Assembly (NCBI GenBank): GCA_963662585.1
Contig: OY759729.1
Coordinates: 2,624,001-2,688,000, forward strand
Direction: 5' to 3'
Source of the DNA: Candidatus Cloacimonadales bacterium
GTDB taxonomy: Bacteria; Cloacimonadota; Cloacimonadia; Cloacimonadales; JAFGVF01
Length of the DNA stretch: 64,000 nt
This document shows, one piece after another, positions 18,926 to 30,250 of the stretch. The notes below the pieces were generated by a model. It made no database searches. It was not told where the DNA came from and worked only from the letters and a program-made list of their open reading frames with translations. The translations under genes were made by a program, and so were the position numbers. The number at the start of each line of letters is the position of its first letter. The first letter of the stretch is position 1.

Positions 18926-20503
18926 CAGGCATACCCCCAAAAAACTTTGATATAATATAGTGAACTTTCAGTTTTATAGTAAGTTAGATATAAAAATTGT
19001 CTAAAAAGATTGATTTATAGGTATTACGAATAAACTTAAACTTTTCTATTAAAATTACGAGAAAGCTTGCAAACAAGGCTAATATTAAGACACTTTTAGA
19101 AATAGTATAACTAATTGATAGATAATAAAATAAGAAAAATAATCCTTGCAAAAAAAGTGCTCCTAAATACAATTAGATTATCTACCAAATAATTTCTAAA
19201 GGAGCACTTTAACAATGGATTTAAAAAAACAGAATATAATAAATTTACAAGGTAAATTTTCAAAAAGAGTAAAAAAATATTCAGAAGGCTTAACTATTCC
19301 TGAGCATAAAGCCTTGAAAGATATAACGAAAGGAGTCATTTCAAGTAGCTCGGTTATTGTTCGACAAATAGCAACAAGTTTACATGAAAAAATTAGTTTA
19401 GATAAAGTATGTGAGAGATTATATAGAAACCTAAAGAATGAGAAAATTGGAAAAGTGGTAAGTGAAAATTTGTTAAAATACAACAGTGCAAAAGCTACCA
19501 ATGACACATATTTTATAGTTGATGAATCAGATATATTGAAGCCAGAATCAAATAAGTTAGAAGGACTATCAAGAGTTAGAGATGGTTCTACCGGACAAAG
19601 AGCGAAAGGTTATCATTTACTTAATATTGCATCACTAACAGATAATGGTAAGAACTATTCAATACTCCCAATATGCAGTCAATTATATAGTAATATTATA
19701 GAAGAAGATACTTCTAAGAATATACTTGAAGATAGAATTATAGATATTACTATTCACAGTAATAATAAAGGTATTTTTGTGTTTGATAGAGGTTATGATA
19801 GCCGTAAGTTAATAACTTTACTTTCAAATAATGAAAATAACTATATAATTAGAAGTACAGGTAAGAGATCTTTTATTGAGGATAATACCGAAGTTAGTTT
19901 TTCATCAGTAGTAAGACAAATTAAACTTAAACATGAGTTTAAAACATCTGATAATAAAACTTTTAATTGCGGAACAAAGAGAGTGAAAATAAGAATTAAT
20001 CCACATAAACGTAAGCATCCAGATATAGTTGAAGCAAACTTAGTTGTTGTAAGGCATGGTAAAAAAGGAGGCTTGTTTTATTTTCTATGTAACTTTAATG
20101 ATAGCACAATGACAGACTATGAAATAATATTAAAAGCTGTTAAAGGATACAGAAAAAGATGGAAAATCGAAGAGTTCCATAGACATATCAAGCAGGAGTT
20201 TAATTGGGAAAAAGTTCAGCTGATGAGTTATGTAGGATTGAAAAATATTAATGTTATATTAATGGTGGCAGTAGATATAGTTTATTCTACAATAAAATAT
20301 CTGGAAGAACTTTTATATCAATTCCCTGAGTTCGGTAGCACTAATTATAAGAATCATACCTATGTCTATTACAAACTGAGTAGAATCATAAAGCACATAT
20401 TTAATAACACTAAATTGAATAAAATTATACCGCACAAGGGGGAATATCATGACAAGCTACAACTACGGATCAATTTCTTATAAAAATAATGGGGGTATGC
20501 CAG
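18926..20503 (+). mobile_element. Complete IS4-family insertion sequence (1578 bp)
   Basis: TIRs caggcataccccca (18926-18939) and tgggggtatgccag (20490-20503), 13/14 match; identical 14-bp flanks aataaatataataa at 18912-18925 and 20504-20517. Confidence 0.92.
19215..20483 (+). CDS. DDE transposase, IS4 family
   Basis: IVDESD, VFDRGY, and the YREK signature YRKRWKIEEFHRHIK. Confidence 0.92.
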   Translation: MDLKKQNIINLQGKFSKRVKKYSEGLTIPEHKALKDITKGVISSSSVIVRQIATSLHEKISLDKVCERLYRNLKNEKIGKVVSENLLKYNSAKATNDTYFIVDESDILKPESNKLEGLSRVRDGSTGQRAKGYHLLNIASLTDNGKNYSILPICSQLYSNIIEEDTSKNILEDRIIDITIHSNNKGIFVFDRGYDSRKLITLLSNNENNYIIRSTGKRSFIEDNTEVSFSSVVRQIKLKHEFKTSDNKTFNCGTKRVKIRINPHKRKHPDIVEANLVVVRHGKKGGLFYFLCNFNDSTMTDYEIILKAVKGYRKRWKIEEFHRHIKQEFNWEKVQLMSYVGLKNINVILMVAVDIVYSTIKYLEELLYQFPEFGSTNYKNHTYVYYKLSRIIKHIFNNTKLNKIIPHKGEYHDKLQLRINFL

Positions 20504-20520
20504 AATAAATATAATAATAT

Positions 20521-20549
20521 TTGACAAATAATGATTTACTTAGTATCTT
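20521..20549 (+). promoter_or_regulatory. Putative sigma-70 promoter
   Basis: TTGACA-17 nt-TATCTT upstream of 20578. Confidence 0.55.
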
Positions 20550-20577
20550 TGATAAACTTATGTACTGAGGAGTTCTG

Positions 20578-22020
20578 ATGAAAAAGATAAGTAGATTGTT
20601 TTTAGGAATAATAGTTTTTTTTAGTATATTTATAGCTATTAGCTGTAGTGATGATAACACTACTAAACCAATTCAGGTTTCAGCCCCAGTGTTTTCTCCC
20701 ATAGCAGGAACATATTACAGATTCTTACAAGTTACCATATCAAGTGAAACTTCTGGATCTATAATCCGTTATACTACTGATGGAAGTGAACCAACAGAAT
20801 CATCACCATTATATACTAGTCCAATAGCTGTTGAAAAAATAACTACTATCAAAGCTATGGCATTCAAAGAAAATGGTTCACCAAGTGCAATTATCTCTGC
20901 TAACTATAATCTTGTAATGCCAGTAATAGCATCTTTAGAATTTACTCCTGCTGCTGGAAACCATAATTTTTCTAAGATTGTTGAGATTAAGTGTGCAACT
21001 CCTGGGGTAGAAATCTTCTATACTTTAGACGAAAGTGAACCTAGCCAAATGTCAGAACCATATAACTCTCCAATATATATTACTAGTAATACAACTATAA
21101 AAGCAAAAGCATTTAGATTTAATCATTATCCCAGTCAGACCTTAGTCGGAGAGTATATTATTGATTACCCTGCTGCAACAAATCCGAGTCCTGCAGACAA
21201 TGCTTCAAACATAGTTTCAACTCCTATTCTTTCTTGGGAAACACTTGCTAAAAAAGATAAGAATTTAAGTTTTGATCTCTATTTTGGTACTTCTGCGAAT
21301 CCAATCTTGCTTTCTGAAAATCAAACAGAATACACTTATCAAACAGCTGAGTTGAATCTTGGAACTACTTATTATTGGAAAGTTATTACCCATGATGGAG
21401 AGATAGAGAGTGAAAGTCCTGTATGGAGCTTTTCAACCGATGTCCCTCTTAATGCCTCACCTGAAAATGATGCTGTTGATGTTACTTTAAATCCAACTTT
21501 AACTTGGGAAGTAGCTGTAAGAAGTACTTTTAAAGCAAAAGATTATCTTTATGATGTTTACTTAGGTGAAATCAATTCTCTTGAATTAGTATCAGAAATG
21601 CAATCAGAAGAAGTTTATATTCCACCTCAGTTAATAGAAGGGACTACTTACTTTTGGAAAATAGTAGTCACTGTAGCTGATTTACAAGTTGAAGGACCTA
21701 TCTGGCAATTTACCACTAATCATGCCCCAGAAGCTCCAGTAAATATTTTTCCAGAGAATAACGCAGTTGATGTTACTCTCCATCCAACTTTAAGATGGCT
21801 ATCAACTGATGCAAGAAATTCCCAAAGTAGAAACTTGAGCTTTGATGTATATTTCGGGACTAGCAATAATCCTGAATTAGTAGCAGATAATCAGTTAAAT
21901 CAGACTTTTAGGCCTAATGACTTAATCGAAGAAACTACTTATTATTGGAAAGTTGTGGCAAGTGACGGTGAAATTGAGGTTGAAAGTCCTGTGTGGAGTT
22001 TTACTACAGGGAATCAGTAA
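20578..22020 (+). CDS. Lipoprotein with two chitobiase/beta-hexosaminidase C-terminal (Fn3-associated) domains and three Fn3-like repeats
   Basis: Lipobox AISC; IRYTTDGSEPT and IFYTLDESEPS; three repeats ending TTY(Y/F)WK.....W.F.T. Confidence 0.82.
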   Translation: MKKISRLFLGIIVFFSIFIAISCSDDNTTKPIQVSAPVFSPIAGTYYRFLQVTISSETSGSIIRYTTDGSEPTESSPLYTSPIAVEKITTIKAMAFKENGSPSAIISANYNLVMPVIASLEFTPAAGNHNFSKIVEIKCATPGVEIFYTLDESEPSQMSEPYNSPIYITSNTTIKAKAFRFNHYPSQTLVGEYIIDYPAATNPSPADNASNIVSTPILSWETLAKKDKNLSFDLYFGTSANPILLSENQTEYTYQTAELNLGTTYYWKVITHDGEIESESPVWSFSTDVPLNASPENDAVDVTLNPTLTWEVAVRSTFKAKDYLYDVYLGEINSLELVSEMQSEEVYIPPQLIEGTTYFWKIVVTVADLQVEGPIWQFTTNHAPEAPVNIFPENNAVDVTLHPTLRWLSTDARNSQSRNLSFDVYFGTSNNPELVADNQLNQTFRPNDLIEETTYYWKVVASDGEIEVESPVWSFTTGNQ

Positions 22021-22415
22021 GTCTGACTATGAAGAAAGAAAAATTAAGGCACTCTTTCAAGTAAAGTGGGTCTTAGGAAAAAAAGTAATAAAAGTATCTT
22101 TGAAGCTTGCTGAGCTTGTCGATAAGGATATACCTTTTAGCTTTGAATTTCTACCTTTAGATTTAACTCCTCTTAACGAGTTGATACTTCATTACTAATT
22201 TTTATATTCCTAAATTAAAAAGATCATTTATTAGTATTTATGAGCGATAGAGACCTATATTTACATTTTGCTTGATAGTCTCATCCTTCCCGACTATATC
22301 ATTATATTCCTCTTACTTCTCGTAAATCGAGCATATCTTTTTAAATCCTTTGACAGAAAAAGAATAATCATAAAATCTGGTCATAGTTATAAAAATATGT
22401 AATCAGGAGATTTAT

Positions 22416-23660
22416 ATGTCAGAGAAATTAAATTTGACCAAATCAATGAAGCTTTATGAAGAAGCTTTAGAGTTAGTTCCGGGTGCTGTAGCAGGTATTA
22501 GAAGACCTTACAACTTTGTTCCCGGTGAATATCCTATCTTCTTTGACCGTGCTAAAGGTGGCAAGGTTTGGGATGTTGATGGAAATGAATATTTAGACTT
22601 CTTATGTGCTTATGGTCCGATAATCGTAGGTCATTGTGAAGAAGAGATTGATAATGCTGTAATAGAACAAATCAGAACTAAGGGTTTTTGCTTCTCACTA
22701 ACACAAGAGATTCAAAATAAGTTAGTTAGAAAACTTCAAGAGCATATTCCTTCATGTGAAATGGCAGTTCTTTTAAAAACTGGTTCAGATACTACAACAG
22801 CAGCTGTTAGAGCAGCTCGTGCTTATACAGATAGAAAGATAATAATCAGATGTGGATATCATGGCTGGCACGATTGGTGTGTGGAAGTCAAAGGTGGAGT
22901 ATTAGAAAAGAATTATGAAGATACTCTTGAATTCACTTATAATCATTTAGATGAATTAGAAGATTTAATGAAAAAACATGGTGATGATGTTGCTGGTATT
23001 ATCGTTACTCCAGTTGGACATCCACTTGGACACGAAGTAGAAATGCCTAAGCCAGGTTTCTTAGAAGGTGTAAGAGAATTAGCTACCAAGCATGGTTCTT
23101 TGTTAATCTTTGATGAAATCAGATCTGGTTTCCGTTATTCTATGGGGGGCGCTCAAAAAGTTTTTGGAGTAACTCCTGATTTATCTACTTTCGGTAAAGC
23201 TATGGCTAACGGTTATGCTATTGCTGCTTTAGTTGGTAAGAAAGAATTTATGAGTGTCTTTGCAGACAAAGCTTTCTTGTCTTCTACTTACTTCCCAAAT
23301 AGTGATTCCCAAGTTGCTTCTTTAGCTACTATTTCTTTCTTAGAAAAGTATAATGTCTTAGATGTAATCAAAGCAAAAGGTGAAAAGTTTGCAGCTAACT
23401 TAAGCAAAATAGTAGCTGATTCAGGACTACCAGTTAATTTCTCAGGTGGTGCTTTTATGCCATTCCTTACTTTTGTACCTGATGCAGATAAATTGTATAA
23501 GAAAGCAAGGGTTCAATTCTATACTGAATTAATCAGAAGAGGTGTCTTCTTACAACCTTATCATCATGGATATATTGCATATCGTCATACTGAAGAAGAA
23601 CTTATTCACGCTGCAAATATGATTAAAGAGTCATTAGACGCGATTAAAAAGTTTTACTAA
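22416..23660 (+). CDS. kat: 3-aminobutyryl-CoA aminotransferase (class III aminotransferase, HemL-like)
   Basis: WDVDGNEYLD, YHGWHD, FDEIRSGFR, TFGKAMANG motifs; directly upstream of kce, consistent with the Cloacimonas lysine-fermentation variant. Confidence 0.82.
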   Translation: MSEKLNLTKSMKLYEEALELVPGAVAGIRRPYNFVPGEYPIFFDRAKGGKVWDVDGNEYLDFLCAYGPIIVGHCEEEIDNAVIEQIRTKGFCFSLTQEIQNKLVRKLQEHIPSCEMAVLLKTGSDTTTAAVRAARAYTDRKIIIRCGYHGWHDWCVEVKGGVLEKNYEDTLEFTYNHLDELEDLMKKHGDDVAGIIVTPVGHPLGHEVEMPKPGFLEGVRELATKHGSLLIFDEIRSGFRYSMGGAQKVFGVTPDLSTFGKAMANGYAIAALVGKKEFMSVFADKAFLSSTYFPNSDSQVASLATISFLEKYNVLDVIKAKGEKFAANLSKIVADSGLPVNFSGGAFMPFLTFVPDADKLYKKARVQFYTELIRRGVFLQPYHHGYIAYRHTEEELIHAANMIKESLDAIKKFY

Positions 23661-23674
23661 AAAAATAAAAATAG

Positions 23675-24520
<846 letters not shown>

Positions 24521-24543
24521 TAAGTAAACTAATAATTAAATAT

Positions 24544-24568
24544 AAGGCGGAATTAATTCCGCCTTTTT
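24544..24568 (+). terminator. Rho-independent terminator of kat-kce (intron target site)
   Basis: aaggcggaattaattccgcc followed by ttttt. Confidence 0.88.
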
Positions 24569-26679
24569 GTTTGCCCAGAATGTTATCTGAGCCGATGGAC
24601 TGAAAGAAGTCCTGACACCCAACTGACAGGAAGTCAATCTGAGGTCAAGGGCGTTGCTGGCAACGGCAGGGTCTGAAGTAAGACGCAGGAAGAATGTGGA
24701 ACATAGCGAAAGTAAACTGATTTTGGTTCATGTAGTGGGTAACTCTTCGAAAAGTGAGAACGCCCAAAAGTCAGTCGATTACATGGATTACAACAGATGG
24801 ATTTACATTCAGGCAGGATAGCTTAACTGGGGAAGCCTGTTAATGTCTCTAATAGAGTAACTATGACTACAAGCTGAAAGGCAAGAGTTGTATTAAGCAT
24901 AAGCAGGTGGCAGATGATTCCGTAGTAGTGACTAACCCTTTGCCTATGAAAGCTGGTGACAGACTGGAGGATAAAACAGAGGGGACAATATTCTTAGTAA
25001 TATTGGGGGATATTTTTCAAAAGGAAATATCTCATGTGAAGGGATGAAGATAAACCAAAGAATAAACATAATTAAAGAGATATTTTCTTAAAAGTAGGAA
25101 ACGAAGAGAATCGAAAGATTCAAGGCTCGGATAGACGGTGGTGAGTACCTTCTTTCTATCATGACCTTACGAGACTGAGTAGATGAAGTTAAAAAAAGGA
25201 TAATAGTCAAAACCTATAAAATCTTTGATAGATTGCTTTATGCTAAAAACTTCGAAGGTCTTCATTGAATTAACTGTCATTTGAAAGTATAATTTAAACA
25301 TTGTTTATTGTGAAAAAGGAGAAACTAAATGAAAAAGTGGTACAGTTTAATTGATAAAGTTTACTCAAAAGGTAATCTCTATGAATCTTTCCTAAAGGTA
25401 AAGAAAAATAGAGGTGCAGAAGGTATAGATAATATTACTATATCTAAGTTTGGTGAGACTCTACAAGAGAACTTAGAGCAGATTCATTTAGAATTGAAAA
25501 GTGGGAAGTATATCCCATCACCTGTGAAACGGGTAGAGATACCTAAAGGAAATGGTAAGATGAGGCCATTAGGAATACCTACTGTAAAAGATAGAATCGT
25601 ACAGCAGGCAATAAATAACATCATCCAACCAATTTTTGAACCTGATTTTCATCCACAAAGCTATGGCTACCGTCCCAACAAAAGTTGTCAAAAGGCAGTG
25701 GCTAAAGCACATATATTAATGGTTCAGGAAGAGCTTCCTTTTGTAGTGGATATGGATTTATCAAAATGTTTTGATACATTAAATCATAAATTCATAATGC
25801 AATCATTAAATAGGAAAATAAGTGACGGAACATTATTAAAGTTGATAGAGAAAATCTTAAAGTCTGGTGTTATGCAAGAAGGGAAGTATAGCGAAACTGA
25901 AGTAGGAAGTCCACAAGGAGGGGTAATCTCTCCACTTCTTATGAACATATATCTTGATAGTTTTGACCAAGAAATGAAAAGTCGAGGAATCGAGATAGTA
26001 CGCTATGCTGATGACATTTTACTTTTTGCTAAGACTAAGAAAAAAGCAGAACAATATCAACGAATTGCGGTAGAATATCTAAACTCAATTTATCTCATCG
26101 TAAATGAAGAAAAGACACATATTGCGAGTGTATTTAAAGGAGTCAAGTATCTTGGCTTCGAAATACATGAATCATATGTAAAGATAGAGGATAAAAGAGT
26201 AAAAGCGTTCAAAGATAAGATTCGGTCACTGACTCCACGGAATAGCGGAATTAATGTCCAGACAATGATTAAAAGACTTAATCCGATATTGAGAGGTTGG
26301 TCGAATTACTTTAGGGTGGCAAATTGCAAAGGAGTCTTTCAGTCTCTATTATCATGGATAAGGCGGCGACTAAGAATGAAGAAAATGCGGGAATGGAAAA
26401 GTTGGAAAGCTTTTCACCAACAACTTAGAAGAGTTGGGCATAAAAGTGATTTTCCGAAAATATCTATGACACATTGGAAGAATTCTGGTTGTTATCATAT
26501 TCATAGAGCTTTACCTAATGAATGGTTTGAGCAATTAGGGCTATATGACTTACTATCGAAACCTACAAGTGTTTTATTTAATTATTATGAATAATTACAA
26601 GGTTTATCAGGAGCCGTGTACGAGTCCCGTACGCACGGTTCTGTGAGAGGGATGGTGCTAACGCACCACCCTACTCGAT
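24569..26679 (+). mobile_element. Group IIC intron, apparently full length (about 2.1 kb)
   Basis: 5' end gtttgcccagaatg immediately after the terminator; DIV closing pair gataaacc (25049-25056)/ggtttatc (26601-26608); short DV gagccgtgtacgagtcccgtacgcacggttc (26611-26641); DVI with bulged A (26673); ends ctcgAT. Confidence 0.9.
25329..26594 (+). CDS. ltrA: Group II intron reverse transcriptase/maturase, no endonuclease domain
   Basis: RPLGIPTVKDRIVQ, SYGYRP, DLSKCFD, PQGGVISPLL, RYADD; maturase NPILRGWSNYF. Confidence 0.95.
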   Translation: MKKWYSLIDKVYSKGNLYESFLKVKKNRGAEGIDNITISKFGETLQENLEQIHLELKSGKYIPSPVKRVEIPKGNGKMRPLGIPTVKDRIVQQAINNIIQPIFEPDFHPQSYGYRPNKSCQKAVAKAHILMVQEELPFVVDMDLSKCFDTLNHKFIMQSLNRKISDGTLLKLIEKILKSGVMQEGKYSETEVGSPQGGVISPLLMNIYLDSFDQEMKSRGIEIVRYADDILLFAKTKKKAEQYQRIAVEYLNSIYLIVNEEKTHIASVFKGVKYLGFEIHESYVKIEDKRVKAFKDKIRSLTPRNSGINVQTMIKRLNPILRGWSNYFRVANCKGVFQSLLSWIRRRLRMKKMREWKSWKAFHQQLRRVGHKSDFPKISMTHWKNSGCYHIHRALPNEWFEQLGLYDLLSKPTSVLFNYYE

Positions 26680-26723
26680 TTATGGGTCTAATTTCTCCAG
26701 AGCCTAATGTTTCCTCACTACAT

Positions 26724-26736
26724 TGTCAAAATGACA
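26724..26736. promoter_or_regulatory. Candidate enhancer (bEBP-binding) palindrome
   Basis: tgtcaaaatgaca, about 100 bp upstream of the -24 element at 26838. Confidence 0.4.
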
Positions 26737-26837
26737 TATCTATATAGCATATAATATCTAATACACCATTTATGAAAATACTCTCAAAAACAACCTAACT
26801 TCTTGTATAATATAAGTATAAGTCTTGTTGTAAAATG

Positions 26838-26853
26838 TGGAACACTCTGTGCT
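26838..26853 (+). promoter_or_regulatory. Putative sigma-54 promoter
   Basis: TGGAAC-ACTCT-GTGCT with GG-N10-GC spacing; NtrC-type gene nearby. Confidence 0.55.
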
Positions 26854-26865
26854 ATTATAAGTTGT

Positions 26866-27228
26866 ATGAAAAAAATAATTATTATTGATGATGATATAAT
26901 GAGTTTAGAAAGCTTAGATCGACTTATCACTGAGTGGGATTTTGTTACTGAGACATATTCAAGAGAGAATGATATTTCTCAGCAAAAGATTATGAGCTCT
27001 TATTATTGTGCTATTGTCGATTATAAACTTCCTAATACTAATGGTATTAAGGTGTTAGATGCTTTTAAAAAGAAAGATAATAAGATTATTCCAATTCTAA
27101 TTAGTGGATTTGAAATTGATCAAGAACTTCTTAAGGAAATTGAAGCAAAATATATCTATTTTCTTAAGAAACCCATTGATATACAGTTATTAAAAAAAAT
27201 TATAAACCCTAAAATGGAGAAAAAATGA
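26866..27228 (+). CDS. Single-domain response regulator
   Basis: Likely ATG at 26866: IIIDDD, VDYKLP..NG, ISG, KKP receiver motifs. Confidence 0.85.
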   Translation: MKKIIIIDDDIMSLESLDRLITEWDFVTETYSRENDISQQKIMSSYYCAIVDYKLPNTNGIKVLDAFKKKDNKIIPILISGFEIDQELLKEIEAKYIYFLKKPIDIQLLKKIINPKMEKK

Positions 27229-30158
27229 CAAAGAAAAGATTATTAAGTGGATTCTTCACTCTTTTATTATTGTTAGGAGTGAGTTTTGTAGGTGCTATTC
27301 CAGAAAATCAAATTATTCCTTTTGCGATTCCTTTTGCTCTTAGTGCAAACTCTGATGCTTCAATAGTCGTTGGTTATGTAGGTAATAATGAAGGAGCGTA
27401 TTATTGGACAGAAGAGAGTGGCGTAGTCTCTTTAGGTCCTGGTGATGCTAATGGTGTTTCTGAGAATAATAAAGTTGTAGGAACAAGTGTTATCAGTGAT
27501 GATAATGGCTCAAGAGCTACAGCAGGGTATTGGAATCTAGAGGGTGAATTTACAGAAATTGGCAATTTCCCTGGTATCGAGCCAACAGCTGATGGCTACT
27601 TTAGTGATGGATATGCAATCTCCTCAGATGGTACGGTAATTGCTGGAATGGGTTGGACTGGTGGCTGGACTGCAAATGCCATGAAATGGTCAGAAGAGAC
27701 TGGTATGATAAACTTAAGATCTTCTGATGAGTCTAGTAGGGTTAATACTATGAACTCTGATGGTTCAATTGTCGCAGGTTGGCTAGAATCAAACTATATG
27801 CGATATGCTGTTTACTGGGATGCTGAAAATGAAGAACATATCATTCCAGGTCTTGGTGATAGTGAGGTAATGTCAGTAAGTGCAAATGGTGAGTTAATGG
27901 TCGGTAACTCTGACTCTCAAGCCTTTATTTATGATGGTCAAGAGACAGTTCTTTTTGGCTCATCAGAAATGGGTTGGAGCACAGTAACTTCTCATGTTAC
28001 TAACAATGGTTTAGTTGTTGGTTTAGAAAGGAACTTTTTTGAAAATTCTCAGTATGGAATTATCTATAATGAAACTATGGGAGTAGTTTCAGCAAATGAA
28101 TACTTCACACAAAGAGGAGTTGTAATTCCCGAAAATTATACAATTTATGCAGTATCATGGGTCTCTGAAGATGGTAGAACATTCATAGGATGGGGTGGAA
28201 GTGATTCTGCAGGATTCATTGTAAGATTATCTGAATCTGCTTTTATCACAGGAAATGTTACAGCTGAGAATAATGGAGATGTTACTCTTGCTACAATTAC
28301 AAATGGTTTTGAAACAGTTAATCCTAACGCAGAAGGTAATTATGAATTAACAGTCAGTCCTGGAACACAAACTCTAACAGTAACTATGCCTGGTTATTAT
28401 ACTCAAACTTCTGACGAGATTGAACTTCTTGCAGGTGAGACTGTCACAGATGTTGATTTTGCTTTAGAAGAGATCACTGATTCAGCAACAATTCAAGGAA
28501 ACATTACTTTAATTGGGGGCTCAGCAAGCATTGCTCAAGCTACTATTCAAGCCGGAGAATTTATGGCAAGTCCTGATTCTGAAGGCAATTATGAATTAAT
28601 AGTGGCAACAGGAGCCTATAATCTTTCCATTGCTTTAAATGGATATTTTGATTACCAGTATGAGCTAACAGTAGTAGCAGGGGAAGTTTTTGAGTTAGAT
28701 ATAGAATTATATTCTCTTGATACCATAAATTCACTTGTTATTAATGTTAATGGTGATGCTGATATTGATTATGCTAATACTAGAATTTTCGTAAATCACC
28801 ATACTCCAGGGGGGAATTACTTCACTCCTCAAGAAGATGGGACTTTAACACTCGGAATACTTTATGAAGAGAATATTACTATCTCAGTTTATGCACCTGG
28901 TTTCTTAGCTGAAAGAGTAGAAGGAGTAACTACAAATCCAGCTAGACCAACTATTGTAGAATTTAATTTAGAGAAAGTCTATAATGCTCCAAGAAATCTT
29001 AGTAGAAATGAATCAGGTTTACTAGAATGGGAAGCAGCTTATGTTTTAGATAGTTATGTAGATAATTTCGAATCTTACCCTACTGGATCAGGTATCTGCT
29101 TGAACAATCCTATGTGGTTGCCAATTGGTGGGGCTATGGGAAGTGAAGTGGAACCTGTAATTGCTGAAAATAGCTATATTAATGATAGTAAGTATCTTGA
29201 AATTACTTCTACTAACGATGCAATAGTTGATGTTGGTAAAGTTCTGGATATGGAAGATAATTTAACAACAGGCAGATATGAAGTAAACTTCGATATTATG
29301 GTTCCTAACGGATTTGCAGGACATTATAATATAATTCGTTCTTTAGAAGACTTAGAGTTTAGTTTAGAGGTTTTCTTTAGAGAAGATGGCACTTTACAGA
29401 TTCATCATAGCGGGGATGTATTTGCTAATGGAAGCTATAATCATAATGAATGGATTAAAGTTAAGCATGTTATTGACTTAGTAAGTGATTCAGCTTCACT
29501 CATGATTAATGGCCAAGAAATCGCTTTATGGCAATTCTCAGCTCACGCTTATGACGCAGGATTTGGAGTTAATAGATTAGATCTAATCAATTTTAGTGGA
29601 GACTCTGAACCTACAGTTGAGGAAGCATCTCTTTTCTACATAGATAATTTTGCCTTTAGTGAAATCGATGGTTTTGGAGCTAATGGATATTTGGTTTATA
29701 GAGATGATATGTTATTAACAAACACCCCTCTTTCAAATTTGGCTTACTCGGATGTTGATTTAGAAGATGGTAATTATAACTATGCCGTAACTGCTCTTTA
29801 TGATGAAATAGAGTCAGACCCTGCTGTATTAGCTGTAGAGATAAATGGAACAAGTAATGATGATAATAATAATGTGGGTTTAGTAACAACTTTAAATGAT
29901 AATTATCCTAATCCTTTTAATCCTGAAACAACAATCAGCTATTCAATTGCTCAAGATGATTTTGTCTTAATTGAAGTCTTTAACATAAGAGGTCAGAAAG
30001 TGATAACTTTAGTAAGAGAAAACCTCAAGAAAGGTGCTCATAATGTTGTCTGGAATGGTTTAGATAAGAGTGGAAATCAGGTAAATAGTGGTTTATATCT
30101 TTATAGAATGAAAGTTGGGAATCAAACAAGAACTAAGAAAATGACCTTAATCAAATAA
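27225..30158 (+). CDS. Secreted multidomain protein: HAF-like repeat region, carboxypeptidase-regulatory-like domains, jelly-roll domain, FlgD-Ig/T9SS-type C-terminus
   Basis: Signal peptide; repeats S.DG..IAG; NYPNPFNPETTISY...WNGLDKSGNQVNSGLYLYRM. Confidence 0.82.
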   Translation: MTKKRLLSGFFTLLLLLGVSFVGAIPENQIIPFAIPFALSANSDASIVVGYVGNNEGAYYWTEESGVVSLGPGDANGVSENNKVVGTSVISDDNGSRATAGYWNLEGEFTEIGNFPGIEPTADGYFSDGYAISSDGTVIAGMGWTGGWTANAMKWSEETGMINLRSSDESSRVNTMNSDGSIVAGWLESNYMRYAVYWDAENEEHIIPGLGDSEVMSVSANGELMVGNSDSQAFIYDGQETVLFGSSEMGWSTVTSHVTNNGLVVGLERNFFENSQYGIIYNETMGVVSANEYFTQRGVVIPENYTIYAVSWVSEDGRTFIGWGGSDSAGFIVRLSESAFITGNVTAENNGDVTLATITNGFETVNPNAEGNYELTVSPGTQTLTVTMPGYYTQTSDEIELLAGETVTDVDFALEEITDSATIQGNITLIGGSASIAQATIQAGEFMASPDSEGNYELIVATGAYNLSIALNGYFDYQYELTVVAGEVFELDIELYSLDTINSLVINVNGDADIDYANTRIFVNHHTPGGNYFTPQEDGTLTLGILYEENITISVYAPGFLAERVEGVTTNPARPTIVEFNLEKVYNAPRNLSRNESGLLEWEAAYVLDSYVDNFESYPTGSGICLNNPMWLPIGGAMGSEVEPVIAENSYINDSKYLEITSTNDAIVDVGKVLDMEDNLTTGRYEVNFDIMVPNGFAGHYNIIRSLEDLEFSLEVFFREDGTLQIHHSGDVFANGSYNHNEWIKVKHVIDLVSDSASLMINGQEIALWQFSAHAYDAGFGVNRLDLINFSGDSEPTVEEASLFYIDNFAFSEIDGFGANGYLVYRDDMLLTNTPLSNLAYSDVDLEDGNYNYAVTALYDEIESDPAVLAVEINGTSNDDNNNVGLVTTLNDNYPNPFNPETTISYSIAQDDFVLIEVFNIRGQKVITLVRENLKKGAHNVVWNGLDKSGNQVNSGLYLYRMKVGNQTRTKKMTLIK

Positions 30159-30208
30159 AAATAATAATCTCTTTATTTAATAAAAGAGGATATTCTCTCC
30201 TTAAGTGT

Positions 30209-30240
30209 CAGAAGGCATAGCTTAGCTATGCCTTCTGTTT
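30209..30240. terminator. Terminator between convergent genes
   Basis: 13-bp perfect stem cagaaggcatagc/gctatgccttctg followed by a T run. Confidence 0.85.
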
Positions 30241-30250
30241 TATATAGACT

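Noticed and set aside
21953..22198. 81-aa ORF after the lipoprotein
   Set aside because: Overlaps the upstream gene out of frame; no RBS or recognisable motif.
22416..23660. hemL
   Set aside because: No heme genes nearby; adjacency to kce favours kat.
25329..26594. Retron, DGR or defence reverse transcriptase
   Set aside because: Maturase domain plus DV/DVI and terminator insertion identify a group II intron; no VTG retron motif or TR/VR pair seen.
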